Assembly (NCBI GenBank): GCA_963776275.1
Contig: CAVZMI010000021.1
Span: 224,001-288,000 of the forward strand
Direction: 5' to 3'
Length of the DNA stretch: 64,000 nt
From: Ignavibacteriota bacterium
GTDB taxonomy: Bacteria; Bacteroidota; Ignavibacteria; UBA10030; CAVZMI01
Shown: positions 39,949 to 50,882 of the stretch, one piece after another
How the letters are laid out: each line of letters opens with the position of its first letter
Numbering within the stretch: position 1 is the first letter of the stretch
Position numbers and translations under genes: made by a program
Notes under the pieces: generated by a model
The model's database searches: none
What the model saw: the letters and a program-made list of their open reading frames with translations, nothing else
What the model was told of the DNA's origin: nothing

Positions 39949-41220
39949 TCATTGAAAACGTTCCTTATGCGCCCACAATCCCAGAGCGGGATTTGAGATG
40001 TAGAAGATTTTCTCGCCGTTAGGCATTGTGTTGAATCCTTCGGTAAGTTTTTCGGGAGTATATTTCCTCATCATCAGGGACAAATCGGCATACTTAAAGT
40101 TGACGCTTTCGATTTCTTGTTTTGAGATATTAGCGGTGCAATACGTGATCGAAAAACGTCCTTCGGATGAACCGTGGATCAGATGTGCGGCCGCGCTTAA
40201 ATTGTTTTTCAGGTCGTCGGCATCGTTCACATACTGTAATGTTTTCGGTGTACCGACATAGCCATATTTTCGAATGAGAGCATCGATTTGCCTATCTTCA
40301 CCAAACTCTTTCAATCCCGGAGCCAATACGATTAGTTCTCCGCCGTCAGCTATCGCCATCCGTGTGCGATAGATGCTTTTATTACCCAGCCATGTGCTTT
40401 TATATTCCGAAGGATCGAGATAGACCACAACCTTCTTCAACGGTTCCTTGACCATCTGGAAGTTCACTTTCAGCGAGAGAGCCGCCGGACGATCGAAACA
40501 TTCCAGGTCGTCACCAACATACAGACCGCGTACTTTAAGCCGACCGTCACCGCCGCGTGAAACTACAGTGTGAACGTAAATGATCGGCAGATTTCTTATA
40601 AAATGATCTGATGCATAATTAAAAACAGTGCGTACCGGATTTTCGGCACGCCCCATGATTCGCTCCATACCGTACACGGCTCCAAGAAAGTGACTTTTAT
40701 TGATCCCTTCCGGCCCGCCTGTCCCGACAAGGACGTTCTTATTGTAACTGGCCATGCCGATCACTTCGTGAGGTACGACCTGACCGAGCGATATTATCAG
40801 GTCAAAATTACCCTCAACCAATAATTTATTGACCTGTGCTTTCCATCCGTAATTCAATTTTCCTTCCGACATCTGAAAAATAAATTCGGACGGGACTTCA
40901 CCGAGCGTTACAACGTCATTGCGCCAATCATGAACCCGAAAGAGATTGAGCGGCATACTGCCGAACATATTTTGAATCTCCTGTTCGGTCATGGGAGCGT
41001 GGGTTCCCAGAGCGGGCAGAACATCAGTGAGCTTCTCTTTGTAGTACTCCCCTATAAGCCGTGTGAGCACACCGGCATGCGAATGGAAGCGGGTGAAATC
41101 AGGAGGAATAGCCAATACTTTTTTCTTCACACCCAACTTTGCCAGCGCTTCAAATAATCCTGTTCTCAGGTCATTTTCCTCAAGAACATCGTTTTCAGAA
41201 CCCCTGCTGAAAAGTAGCAT
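39949..41220 (-). CDS. Lactate-racemase (LarA) superfamily protein, probable D-mannonate/D-gluconate 2-epimerase (GntE-like)
   Basis: PPDFTRFHS, ALGTH, HDW, VVPHEVIG...NK; located between hexuronate genes and gnd. Confidence 0.78.
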   Translation of the reverse strand: MLLFSRGSENDVLEENDLRTGLFEALAKLGVKKKVLAIPPDFTRFHSHAGVLTRLIGEYYKEKLTDVLPALGTHAPMTEQEIQNMFGSMPLNLFRVHDWRNDVVTLGEVPSEFIFQMSEGKLNYGWKAQVNKLLVEGNFDLIISLGQVVPHEVIGMASYNKNVLVGTGGPEGINKSHFLGAVYGMERIMGRAENPVRTVFNYASDHFIRNLPIIYVHTVVSRGGDGRLKVRGLYVGDDLECFDRPAALSLKVNFQMVKEPLKKVVVYLDPSEYKSTWLGNKSIYRTRMAIADGGELIVLAPGLKEFGEDRQIDALIRKYGYVGTPKTLQYVNDADDLKNNLSAAAHLIHGSSEGRFSITYCTANISKQEIESVNFKYADLSLMMRKYTPEKLTEGFNTMPNGEKIFYISNPALGLWAHKERFQ

Positions 41221-41241
41221 CTATTTTTTCTCTACGCGTAA

Positions 41242-42328
41242 TTATCTTTTAATTCTGGCGGAGCCGCCGTTCATCACATCCTTGACTTCATCCAGCCTGA
41301 TGATGCTTGTGTCTCCGCGTGTACTCTGAAGTAGCGCTCCGTGGGCTGCGCCCATCTCCACACATTCCTGCAATGTCATATCATTCAACAATCCGTAGAT
41401 CAATCCGCTGCAGAACCCGTCGCCTCCGCCGATGCGGTCTTCGATCTCAAGATTTTCGTACCTCTTTGATTCATAAAAGATACCGTCGTAATACATGATC
41501 GCCGACCAATTGTTGATCAACCCGCTTTTCACTTCACGCAAAGTAGTACCGACAATTTGGATATTGGGATATGTGGTAGTGACTCTTTTCACCATTTTTA
41601 TATATGCTTCCACCGGTAAGGTGGTCAGAGTCTCATTCGGTCCCTTCCACCTCAAATCCGAGTACTTTCTGGAAATCTTCTTCATTACCAATCAGAACAT
41701 CAATATAAGGGATAAGGTTCTTTGTCACCTCGATAGCTTTTTCAGTGGACCAGAGTCTTCTCCTAAAATTCAGATCATAACTCACAATGATCCCGGTTTC
41801 ATGTGCTGCTCTCATCGCTTCCTTTACTACTTCTGTACAGCTATCACTCAACGCCGTAAAAATTCCTCCCGTATGAAACCAACGTGTCTTTTTCACAGCA
41901 AAAATCCTTTTCCAATCGACTTCCCCCGGCTTCATATGAGAAACGGCCGTATGGCCGCGATCATAGATCATTGCGCTGGCACGTAAACCGATCCCCACTT
42001 CGGTGAAGTTCAGACCGATCCGATCATCCCTGCCTACACCGTCAAAGGGAACCCAGATCACCTCACTGATGTCCATGCCACTGGCTTGTGCATGATTCCG
42101 GATGAAATGTCCGAGCGGATTCTCGACAAGGCGGGATATCCAACCGGTACGCAAGCCAAAACGGGAAAGTGCATGTGCAACATTGTATTCTCCGCCACCG
42201 GCATATATTTCTAATATTGTTGTTGACTCGATGCGCTGGTGACCCGGCGGACTCAATCGAATCATGCATTCACCGAGTGACAGCAAATCAAATCCACATT
42301 CAGATGCCGGATGTATCTTCAACGCCAT
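41242..42328 (-). pseudogene. PfkB-family sugar-acid kinase (KdgK/GntK-like), frameshifted near 41640
   Basis: GGGEYNVA, SYDLNFR, GNEEDFQ in N-part; DRIGGGDGF in C-part 41242-41691. Confidence 0.85.
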
Positions 42329-42409
42329 TATTGTATCCCTTTCACTTAACAAAAAAAATTCTATTGTTCTCCGGAACTTTTTTCTAAATATTCTTTGTTG
42401 TGCCTGCAA

Positions 42410-43507
42410 TTACCTTTGTATTCGTGCCGAACCACCCTTGGCAAACGACCGCACCTGTTCCAAAGTCACCATTGTTGTGTCTCCGGGAGTTGTCGTGAGC
42501 AACGCGCCGTGTGCCCAACCAAGTTTTACGGCTTCGTCCGGTGTTTCGCCTGTCAATAAACCATAGAAAAATCCGCTTGCGAATCCATCGCCACCGCCTA
42601 CGCGGTCGAGCACATCCAGATCACATGTGGGCGAGATGTATGTCTTGCCGTCAATCCAGGCAACTGCACCCCAGCTATGCCGGTTCGTTGAATGTACTTC
42701 GCGCAATGTTGTGGCAACGACTTTCACCTGAGGATGTTTCGCAACAACTTTGTCGATCATAGCAAGGAACACGCTCGGATCAAGTTTCGATTTCGCAGCG
42801 ACTTCCGGACCGGGAATGCCAAGGCCTTTCTGCAGATCCTCTTCATTGCCGACTAAAACATCGGCGTTTTCCACAATGCGTGCAACCACCTCAACCGCTT
42901 TTTTCTGTCCACCCCAGATATTCCACAGCTTCTCACGGAAATTGAGATCAAAGCTTATAACTGCACCTGCTTTCTTTGCCGCCTTCATTCCCTCGATGAT
43001 AAGCTCACCGGTTGTTTCCGAGAGCGCCGCGAAGATGCCGCCGCTGTGAAACCATCGAACACCGCCGGAGAAGATTGCGTTCCAGTCGAAGTCACCGGGT
43101 TTTAATTGTGCCCCGCCTTCGTTCGACCTGTTATAGAACACTACCGGAGGACGAATACCCTGTCCCCGGTCACTGTATACTGTTGCCATATTAGGGCCGT
43201 TTACTCCGTTGTGCTTGAAATGTTTGTAAAACGGTTTCACTCCCATCGCCCTCACTCTCTCGGCAATCAAATCGCCGATCGGGTAATCGACCATTGCCGT
43301 GACGATGCCGGTATTCATACGAAAGCAATCGGCCAGGTTTGCGGCCACGTTGAACTCACCGCCGCTGACATGAATCTGACACTGGGTCGCTTTCCTGAAA
43401 GGAACTAAGCCCGGATCCAAACGATGCACCAGTGCACCCAATGAAACAAAATCCAATGCACCATCCGGACGGATTTTCAGACCGTTGCTCATCTTGTGCT
43501 CCTTCAT
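42410..43507 (-). CDS. PfkB-family sugar-acid kinase (KdgK/GntK-like)
   Basis: SGGEFNVA, SFDLNFR, GNEEDLQ, DRVGGGDGF. Confidence 0.9.
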   Translation of the reverse strand: MKEHKMSNGLKIRPDGALDFVSLGALVHRLDPGLVPFRKATQCQIHVSGGEFNVAANLADCFRMNTGIVTAMVDYPIGDLIAERVRAMGVKPFYKHFKHNGVNGPNMATVYSDRGQGIRPPVVFYNRSNEGGAQLKPGDFDWNAIFSGGVRWFHSGGIFAALSETTGELIIEGMKAAKKAGAVISFDLNFREKLWNIWGGQKKAVEVVARIVENADVLVGNEEDLQKGLGIPGPEVAAKSKLDPSVFLAMIDKVVAKHPQVKVVATTLREVHSTNRHSWGAVAWIDGKTYISPTCDLDVLDRVGGGDGFASGFFYGLLTGETPDEAVKLGWAHGALLTTTPGDTTMVTLEQVRSFAKGGSARIQR

Positions 43508-43542
43508 TTCACATTTATGCTATAAATGAATTCATCCTTTTT

Positions 43543-44376
43543 TTATACACCCGAATAGGCCGAGAATCCGCCATCAACCGGTAACACGATTCCCGTGACG
43601 AACTGTGAAGCCGGCGACAGGAGCCACAACATGGCGCCCAACAAATCCTCCGGTGTGCCGAAGCGTGCCATCGGTGTGTGATCTAGAATTTTTTTACCGC
43701 GGGCCGTCAATTCGCCTGTTACTTTGTCGGTCAAGAGAAACCGGTTTTGCTCGGTCAGGAAAAAACCCGGAGCAATTGCATTCACACGGATGTTCGGCGA
43801 ATATTCCTGCGCCATATGAACAGCCAGCCATTGCGTGAAGTTACTCACAGCTGCCTTCGCTGCCGAGTATGCCGGTATGCGGGTCAATGGACGGAAAGCA
43901 TTCATCGATGAGATATTCAGAATAACTCCTTCTTTTTGCTCCGCCATTTTCTTCCCGAATATCTGACTCGGTAGAATAGCACCGATCAAGTTCAAATTCG
44001 AGACAAACTGCAGAGCTTCGACCGGAATGTCGAAGAAGCTTTGATCTGCATTCGTTGTCGCTTTAGTATTATTCCCCCCTGCACCATTGATGAGGTAATC
44101 AATCCGTCCATATGTCGAAAATACTATGTTCGCCGCCTCCTGGACTTTCACTCTATCGAGCACATCGATGAAGAGAACAAGGTGTTTTCCTTTCGTCACG
44201 CCGAACGATTGAAGCACTTTCTCACCGAGCGTGATATCGCGGTCGAGTATGACGACATTTGCATTGCATCCAGCAAGAGCTTTTGCCATTTCGCCGCACA
44301 GCACACCGCCGCCGCCGGTGATTGCTACTGTTTTTCCTGTAAAATCAAACGCCTTGGTTACATCCTGTAAGTTCAT
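43543..44376 (-). CDS. SDR oxidoreductase, probable D-mannonate dehydrogenase / fructuronate reductase
   Basis: TGGGGVL, NGAGGN, PLTRIPAYSAAKAAVSNFTQWLAVH, NAIAPGFF. Confidence 0.85.
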   Translation of the reverse strand: MNLQDVTKAFDFTGKTVAITGGGGVLCGEMAKALAGCNANVVILDRDITLGEKVLQSFGVTKGKHLVLFIDVLDRVKVQEAANIVFSTYGRIDYLINGAGGNNTKATTNADQSFFDIPVEALQFVSNLNLIGAILPSQIFGKKMAEQKEGVILNISSMNAFRPLTRIPAYSAAKAAVSNFTQWLAVHMAQEYSPNIRVNAIAPGFFLTEQNRFLLTDKVTGELTARGKKILDHTPMARFGTPEDLLGAMLWLLSPASQFVTGIVLPVDGGFSAYSGV

Positions 44377-44395
44377 ATTAATCCTCGCTTTGAAA

Positions 44396-45712
44396 TTACA
44401 ATTCAACTCGCTTCATTTTCGGCGCTAATGCATTGAAGATCACCCATGTAATTATATATATTGATCCGCAAAAAACAAACAATATATAATAGCCAGTATC
44501 GATGGAGCCCGCCTCCTTATAATAGTCAAGCAGCATTCCTGCAATTTTAGAAATCAATATACCTCCAATACCACCCGCCATACCTCCAATGCCTGTTACC
44601 GAAGCAACTGCTTTCTTTGGAAACATATCTGATGTTGTCGTAAGAAGATTTGCTGCCCATGCTTGATGAGCTGACGCTGCAAGTCCTACAATAAGGATCG
44701 CATACCAGTGATTATATTGTCCCAATGCTTGAGCAGCAATCACCGGCAGCACACACAATGCAAAAATGAGCATAGCGATTTTGCGTGCCTTAAATACCTC
44801 TAATCCTTTCTTAATCAAGTTGCTTGAGAGCCAACCGCCAAAAATACTGCCAAAGGTTGTCATCGTATATACGACGGCAATCGGAAGAGCAAGATCTGTT
44901 TTCGAAATACCGTATTGCTTATTAAGAAATGAAGGCAGCCAGAACAAATAGAACCACCAGGGCGGATCTGTTAAAAATTTACCCATAATAAATGCCCAAG
45001 TTTGACGAAATGTCAACAATTTGAACCAACTGACTTTTTCGTTTTGTTTTTCTTTTGTTTCGGTCTCATCTATATCGCTGTGGATGTATGTATATTCCTC
45101 TTTACTTAATCTGTGATGTTTGCTTGGAATTTCATATATAGCAAGCCAGAAAAACAGCCACAGAAGGCCAACGGTACCGGTAAGAATAAATGCCCATTGC
45201 CAACCCCACCAGAAGGCAATCAGAGGGACTGTTAGCGGTGCAATGATTGCACCCACGTTTGTTCCAGAATTAAAAATCCCGGTTGCTAATGCTCTTTCCT
45301 TTTTAGGGAACCATTCTGCAACTGTTTTAATTGCCGCGGGGAAATTACCCGACTCACTAATTCCGAGTACACCACGAGCAAATATAAATCCGAATGTACT
45401 CCTGGCAAAGGCATGGCCAATAGCTGCAAGACTCCATATTAATAGCGATAAAGCATATCCTATTTTTGTACCAACTTTATCAATAACCCAACCTACACCA
45501 AGCATCCCAAGCGCATACGATAGCTGAAAAGCGACAACAATGTTAGCATAGTCTGATTCCGACCATTTGAATAAAGGTTCAAGATAGTCATCCTTTAAAA
45601 GACTGATGACCTGGCGATCCAGGTAGTTTACTGTTGTAGCAAAAAAGAGAAGCGCTAAAATAATCCACCGATATTCCCCGATTTTAACTTTTTTCCTATT
45701 TAAATCCGTCAT
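44396..45712 (-). CDS. exuT: MFS hexuronate transporter (ExuT-like)
   Basis: RWIILALLFFATTVNYLDRQ, ESGNFPAAIKTVAEWFP..ERALATGIFN, TDPPWWFYLFW. Confidence 0.88.
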   Translation of the reverse strand: MTDLNRKKVKIGEYRWIILALLFFATTVNYLDRQVISLLKDDYLEPLFKWSESDYANIVVAFQLSYALGMLGVGWVIDKVGTKIGYALSLLIWSLAAIGHAFARSTFGFIFARGVLGISESGNFPAAIKTVAEWFPKKERALATGIFNSGTNVGAIIAPLTVPLIAFWWGWQWAFILTGTVGLLWLFFWLAIYEIPSKHHRLSKEEYTYIHSDIDETETKEKQNEKVSWFKLLTFRQTWAFIMGKFLTDPPWWFYLFWLPSFLNKQYGISKTDLALPIAVVYTMTTFGSIFGGWLSSNLIKKGLEVFKARKIAMLIFALCVLPVIAAQALGQYNHWYAILIVGLAASAHQAWAANLLTTTSDMFPKKAVASVTGIGGMAGGIGGILISKIAGMLLDYYKEAGSIDTGYYILFVFCGSIYIITWVIFNALAPKMKRVEL

Positions 45713-45766
45713 TATATTCTATCCATTTTATGCAAGAAGATGTTTCTATTTAAAATCGAAGTACTG

Positions 45767-47038
45767 CTATAGTTCCATTAGCTCGAGTCTTGGAGCTAAT
45801 CGTATGAAAATTAAATATGCAAGGATGTACATTGAGCCGCAGATAATAAACAGAATAAGATAACTTCCTGTAAATTCTAGAACAAATCCTGCGATCGTAG
45901 CAATCAACATTCCTCCAATGGCTCCTGCCATACCACCAATGCCCACAATGGATCCGATTGCTTTTCGCGGAAACATATCCGATGTGGTCGTAAAGAGATT
46001 CGCAGACCATCCCTGGTGTGCCGCAGTTGCCAGACTTAGTAATGCTACAGCCATCCACAATTTAGATGCCTCTGAAGCAAAGACAATTGGCATTACAGAA
46101 ATCGCACAAATAAGCATCGCCGTTTTTCGACCTTTATTGACACTCCAACCTCGTTTAATTAAGAACGATGAAAGCCATCCCCCACCGACACTGCCTACAT
46201 CTGCCATCACATAAATCACGATAAGTGGCAATCCAATTTTGTCTAAAGTTAATCCATAGCTTTTATTGAGATACTTCGGCACCCAATAGAGATAGAACCA
46301 CCAGATCGGATCCGTCATAAATTTTGCAATCGCGAAAGCCCAGACTTGCCGGTGTCTCAGCAATCTCGACCAAGGGATCTTTTCTTGTTGATCGGGTGGA
46401 TCACTTTGTATATATGCTCGTTCCTCTGCTTTAAGCCGCTTATGTTGTTCAGGCCTTTCATAGAGCAACACCCAGAACACGATCCACATGAATCCGATGG
46501 AACCTGTAACAATGAAGGCCATCTGCCATCCATACGTAAGGGTGATCCAGGGAACGACTAAAGGAGCGGCTACAGCACCCACATTTGAACCGGCGTTGAA
46601 TATACCTGTTGCCAATGCACGTTCTTTCCTGGGAAACCATTCGGCTACAGTCTTTATTGCGGCTGGGAAATTACCCGATTCGCCTAGCCCCAACGAGAAA
46701 CGCGCCATAGCAAATCCAACCACTGAAGATGCAAAGGAATGCGCCATAGCAGCAAAACTCCAGACTGCCATGGCTATGGAATATCCAATTTTTGTTCCAA
46801 GCTTGTCCATAAGCCGCCCCACAACAAACATACCTAAGGCGTATGCTGCTTGAAATGCAGTTACAATATTGCCATACTCAATCTCGTTCCAACCTATTGC
46901 CTTCTGCAGATCCGGAGCTAGAATACCCAGTACTTGCCGATCGATGTAGTTGATTGTGGTAGCAAAAAACAGCAGCGCACAAATTGTCCAGCGATAGTTG
47001 CCTACTTTCACTTTTACTTCATTCGTTTCTGGCACCAT
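45767..47038 (-). CDS. exuT: MFS hexuronate transporter (ExuT-like), paralogue
   Basis: RWTICALLFFATTINYIDRQ, ESGNFPAAIK, TDPIWWFYLYW, AHQGWSANL. Confidence 0.88.
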   Translation of the reverse strand: MVPETNEVKVKVGNYRWTICALLFFATTINYIDRQVLGILAPDLQKAIGWNEIEYGNIVTAFQAAYALGMFVVGRLMDKLGTKIGYSIAMAVWSFAAMAHSFASSVVGFAMARFSLGLGESGNFPAAIKTVAEWFPRKERALATGIFNAGSNVGAVAAPLVVPWITLTYGWQMAFIVTGSIGFMWIVFWVLLYERPEQHKRLKAEERAYIQSDPPDQQEKIPWSRLLRHRQVWAFAIAKFMTDPIWWFYLYWVPKYLNKSYGLTLDKIGLPLIVIYVMADVGSVGGGWLSSFLIKRGWSVNKGRKTAMLICAISVMPIVFASEASKLWMAVALLSLATAAHQGWSANLFTTTSDMFPRKAIGSIVGIGGMAGAIGGMLIATIAGFVLEFTGSYLILFIICGSMYILAYLIFIRLAPRLELMEL

Positions 47039-47216
47039 TGAGTCCTTTTAATAAATCGTTATATCTGTTGCCTATGAATATCCATTACTGATTAACCGTA
47101 TCGTATAACAGGGACGCAAGTTCAATGCGATTAGTGTTGTTTCAAGAGTAACCGATCCGTCTCCCCCATAATCCCCGATAGTGTTAAATACTCTTTCCCA
47201 TTACGTATTTCATTGG

Positions 47217-48627
47217 CTACTTAAAATCAAAAAACCTCTTTGCATTGTAGTAGCAGATATCCTGAACAATGCCGCCGATAAGTTTCATGTCGTTTGGAAT
47301 CAGACCTTTTTCAATTTCGTTCCCCAAGATGTTGCACAATAACCTCCGGAAGTATTCGTGCCGGGGAAATGAAAGAAAGCTTCGTGAATCTGTCAGCATT
47401 CCCACAAATTGACTCAGAATTCCCAGGTTGGAGAGAGCCTCGATTTGCTTTTTTATGCCGTCGAGCTGGTCCAGGAACCACCAGCTCGAACCGTATTGCA
47501 GCTTGCCCGGGATGCTGCCGTCCTGAAAATTCCCGATCATTGTCGCTATCAACTCATTATCGCGAGGATTGAGATTATATATAATCGTTTTGGCCAGCCG
47601 TCTCTGTGAATCGAGCCTGTCAAGCAATTTTGCCAGTGGTCGTGCAATCTCAAAATCGCCGATCGAATCGAAACCGGTGTCAGACCCAGCTCCGGCATCA
47701 TTCGCGAATTGTTGTTACGAAGGGCACCGAGATGAAACTGCTGCACCCATCCTTTCTCATAATCCATCACTCCGAATTCAAATAACATGGCTGACTTGAA
47801 TTTCAATATATCTTTTATATCCAGGCTTTTCCGTTTTTTTAATCTTCTAAAAATATACTTGATCTCCGATTCTGTATAGTCTTCTGCATATGCTGTTTCT
47901 ATTCCATGATCAGACAAACGGCAGCCGTGTGCGTGGAAATAATCGTGCCTCTGACGAATGGCCGAGATGAATGTGTCAAAATCTTTGATATCAATTCCCG
48001 ATACATTTTGCAGTATTTGAAGATAGGAAAGAAAGGTATCTACGTTCTCAACCGCCATCGCTTTATCTGCACGAAATGCTGGTATCATCTGAGTAAATCT
48101 GTTTTTACTTTTCGCATATACTTCGTGATATTCGAGCGAATCTGCCGGATCATCGGTTGTACAGACAACCTCCACATTCATTCTCTTAAGAATTCCCTGT
48201 GTGGAAAATCCCGGCATCGCCAGTTTTTTATTGCATGTATTCCAAATGACCTTTGCCGTCTTTTCATTCAGGAGTATATTTGTTATTCCGAAAGGACGCC
48301 GTAGTTCCAGATGAGTCCAGTGGAAAAGCGGATTACGAATTGTTTTCGGCACTGTACGCGCCCACATTTCGAATTTTTCCCAGTCGCTTGCATTGCCCGT
48401 TATAAAACGCTCATCGATGCCGCAGTGCGCATCGCCCGCCATTTGTAATGATCTCCGTACAACCAGATCTGCGTCAGGTTGGCGAACTGCCTGTTCTCGG
48501 CAATTTCCTTTGGTGAAAGATGGCAGTGATAATCGATGATCGGCAAAAATTCTGCATATTCATGATAGAGCCTGGATGCGGTTTTTGTTTCAAGTAAAAA
48601 GTCTTCGTGGATGAATTTCTTTTTCAT
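47217..48627 (-). pseudogene. uxaC: Uronate isomerase split by two frameshifts (~48425 and ~47683)
   Basis: [18 protein letters not shown] / NPLFHWTHLEL, TTDDP, SDHG / [26 protein letters not shown] across three frames. Confidence 0.9.
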
Positions 48628-48723
48628 TTTCTCTCCTTCAATGGAAGTTCATTCATCGAATACCGTTTGCATTATTAAACATCTCTTTTTCAACCCTCAT
48701 CGCGGTTCTATCCAATAATCTGT

Positions 48724-49966
48724 TTATTTTTCAATAGCCAGCGTTATATTCAAGGGAGATCCGACTCGTTGTGAAAATTCTTTCAGATAATTATTCCAAT
48801 CTTCGGAATTGTTGAAGTCGCCGCTGCGCGTCCAGCCGGCTCCTGCATAATATGTTGCGGTCTTACCCGGCTCAACAGCACCGAGGATCAGCATGTGTAC
48901 ATTGTCTTCCTTGATGCCGCTAAATGTCTCCTTCGTCATCACGATACCGGTGCCGAGCGAACCATTCTCGATTTTCTCGTCGGTCTGTCCCCAAAGGCTT
49001 ATCCAGTGATTCTCTTTATCCGTGTAACCCATGACGCCTTTTCGTTTTACAATGCCGGCTGTAAACGGGAGCACACCTTGTAAGGAATCACACCGGTAGG
49101 TTACTTCGATCTTACTAAGGTTGGTTCCTGCGTTAAGTGTGATACGCTTGACCTCCGAAATATTTTTTCCATCAAAGTGGACCGGTTTATATACTACCTC
49201 GAACATTGCCCGGATTGGACCCGTTGCAAGAATTTTATACGTCACAAATACACCCGGCTGATAGAGAGAATCATCTTTATAGAGCGCGCAGCTTCCTGCA
49301 CCGAGTGATCCTCCGACGGCGAAGAAGTCGGCACCTTCACCGTGATCTTCATGATAAGAAATCCTGCTGCTGTCGGCTGCTTCATCGCCTCTGTACCATT
49401 TTTCGATTATGGGATAACGAACGCGCTTTGTCCAGACATCAATTCCATTATTTAGTTCCTTTGCAAACGCAGGTCCATAGATACGATGTGCAATCCGGTC
49501 ATTCTCCCATGCTATATCTTCGCGAGGAATCATAAAGCGCACGTCGGTGAGCGATTCGGCAGTCTTCGGCCCTTTGTTCCATGTTTCTATAATGAACTGC
49601 CTCGTTTCTTTAGCCTTGAAGTCGGAACAAAAAATCAACTCCTCCGGTGTACCGTCATGATCTTTATAAATTACCTGGGTGACGAGCTCGTTGTCTGTTT
49701 TTGCATCAATGACACGTGTCCGAGTGGGATCCAAAGTTGAGATTTTTTGCCTGAGATCGGTCCGACTGGAGAACGACCATTTCGCTTGAACGGTTCAGAT
49801 TCAATAAATTTGAGACTGTTACAAGGATCCGTGGATCTTTAGCAGAAGCGTAATCGATGATTACACAGATGAACAGTATTAATGCGGTTATTTTCTTCGT
49901 CCGGATGAAAAAAGCCGAGATAACAGCCGTAGCTGCCTTTTTTTTAGAATATATTGCTTCTTTCAT
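48724..49966 (-). pseudogene. DUF4861-like pectin-locus protein, frameshifted near 49763
   Basis: Signal peptide and VTVSNLLNLNR N-part; DIAWENDRIAHRIYGP, GIDVWTKR, YHEDHGEGAD, YYAGAGW. Confidence 0.75.
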
Positions 49967-49977
49967 TCCTTTTCCTT

Positions 49978-50811
49978 CTAATGTAAATCACTCATCGAGA
50001 CGCCATCCATATCATCAAATACCTGATTTTCGCCGCCCATCGCCCAGATGAAGCTGTAATTGCATGTTCCGACTCCGGAGTGGATTGACCAGCTCGGATT
50101 CAGTACCGCCTGTTCATTGCGCATTACCAGGTGACGTGTTTCACCCGGCTGTCCCATAAGATGGAGTACTATTCCACCGGGAGGCATATTATAGTACATA
50201 TATACTTCTGAACGTCTCTGATGCGTGTGTGACGGCATTGTGTTCCAGACACTGCCTTCCTCCAATTCCGTCAATCCCATGACTAACTGACAGCTTTGAA
50301 TGCCATTTGCAAGAATTAATCTGTTGATGGTTCGTTTGTTTGCGTCATGCTGGCTTCCAAGTTTCAATTGATCTGCATCGGCAAAGCGGGCATGAGTCGT
50401 CGGATATTCTTTATGAGCAGGATAACTGACAAAATAATACTTAGCAGGTTTCGCCGCATTTTTACTTCTGAACTCAATATCCTTTGTACCGCGTCCGATA
50501 TAGAGTGCGTCTTTGTTCGACATTGTGAGGATTTTACTATCGACACCGATGGTTCCTTCATCTCCTATATTGATGATGCCAATCTCGCGCCTTTCGGCAA
50601 AAAAATCTGCCGCCATTTCTTTCTTTGTCGCCATCAATTTCAGAGTCTTTTCTACCGGCACGGCAGATCCTGTGATTGACCGATCTACGTCGGAGTATGT
50701 CATATGAATATCATCAATCGCGAACAGATTATCAATGAGAAACATTCTCCGAAGCGCCTCTGTCGTCATTGTTTTGAATCCTTCCGGATCAGTACCGAAC
50801 CTTATATTCAT
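49978..50811 (-). CDS. kduI: 4-deoxy-L-threo-5-hexosulose-uronate ketol-isomerase
   Basis: ERREIGIINIG, SCQLVMGLT, WNTMPSHTHQRRSEVYMY, PSWSIHSG, WAMGGENQ. Confidence 0.96.
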   Translation of the reverse strand: MNIRFGTDPEGFKTMTTEALRRMFLIDNLFAIDDIHMTYSDVDRSITGSAVPVEKTLKLMATKKEMAADFFAERREIGIINIGDEGTIGVDSKILTMSNKDALYIGRGTKDIEFRSKNAAKPAKYYFVSYPAHKEYPTTHARFADADQLKLGSQHDANKRTINRLILANGIQSCQLVMGLTELEEGSVWNTMPSHTHQRRSEVYMYYNMPPGGIVLHLMGQPGETRHLVMRNEQAVLNPSWSIHSGVGTCNYSFIWAMGGENQVFDDMDGVSMSDLH

Positions 50812-50882
50812 CCTTCGATCCTTTCTTCTAATCTTTCTATCAACAATTCATAATTTGATGCTTTAGATTTCCACATTTGTTA

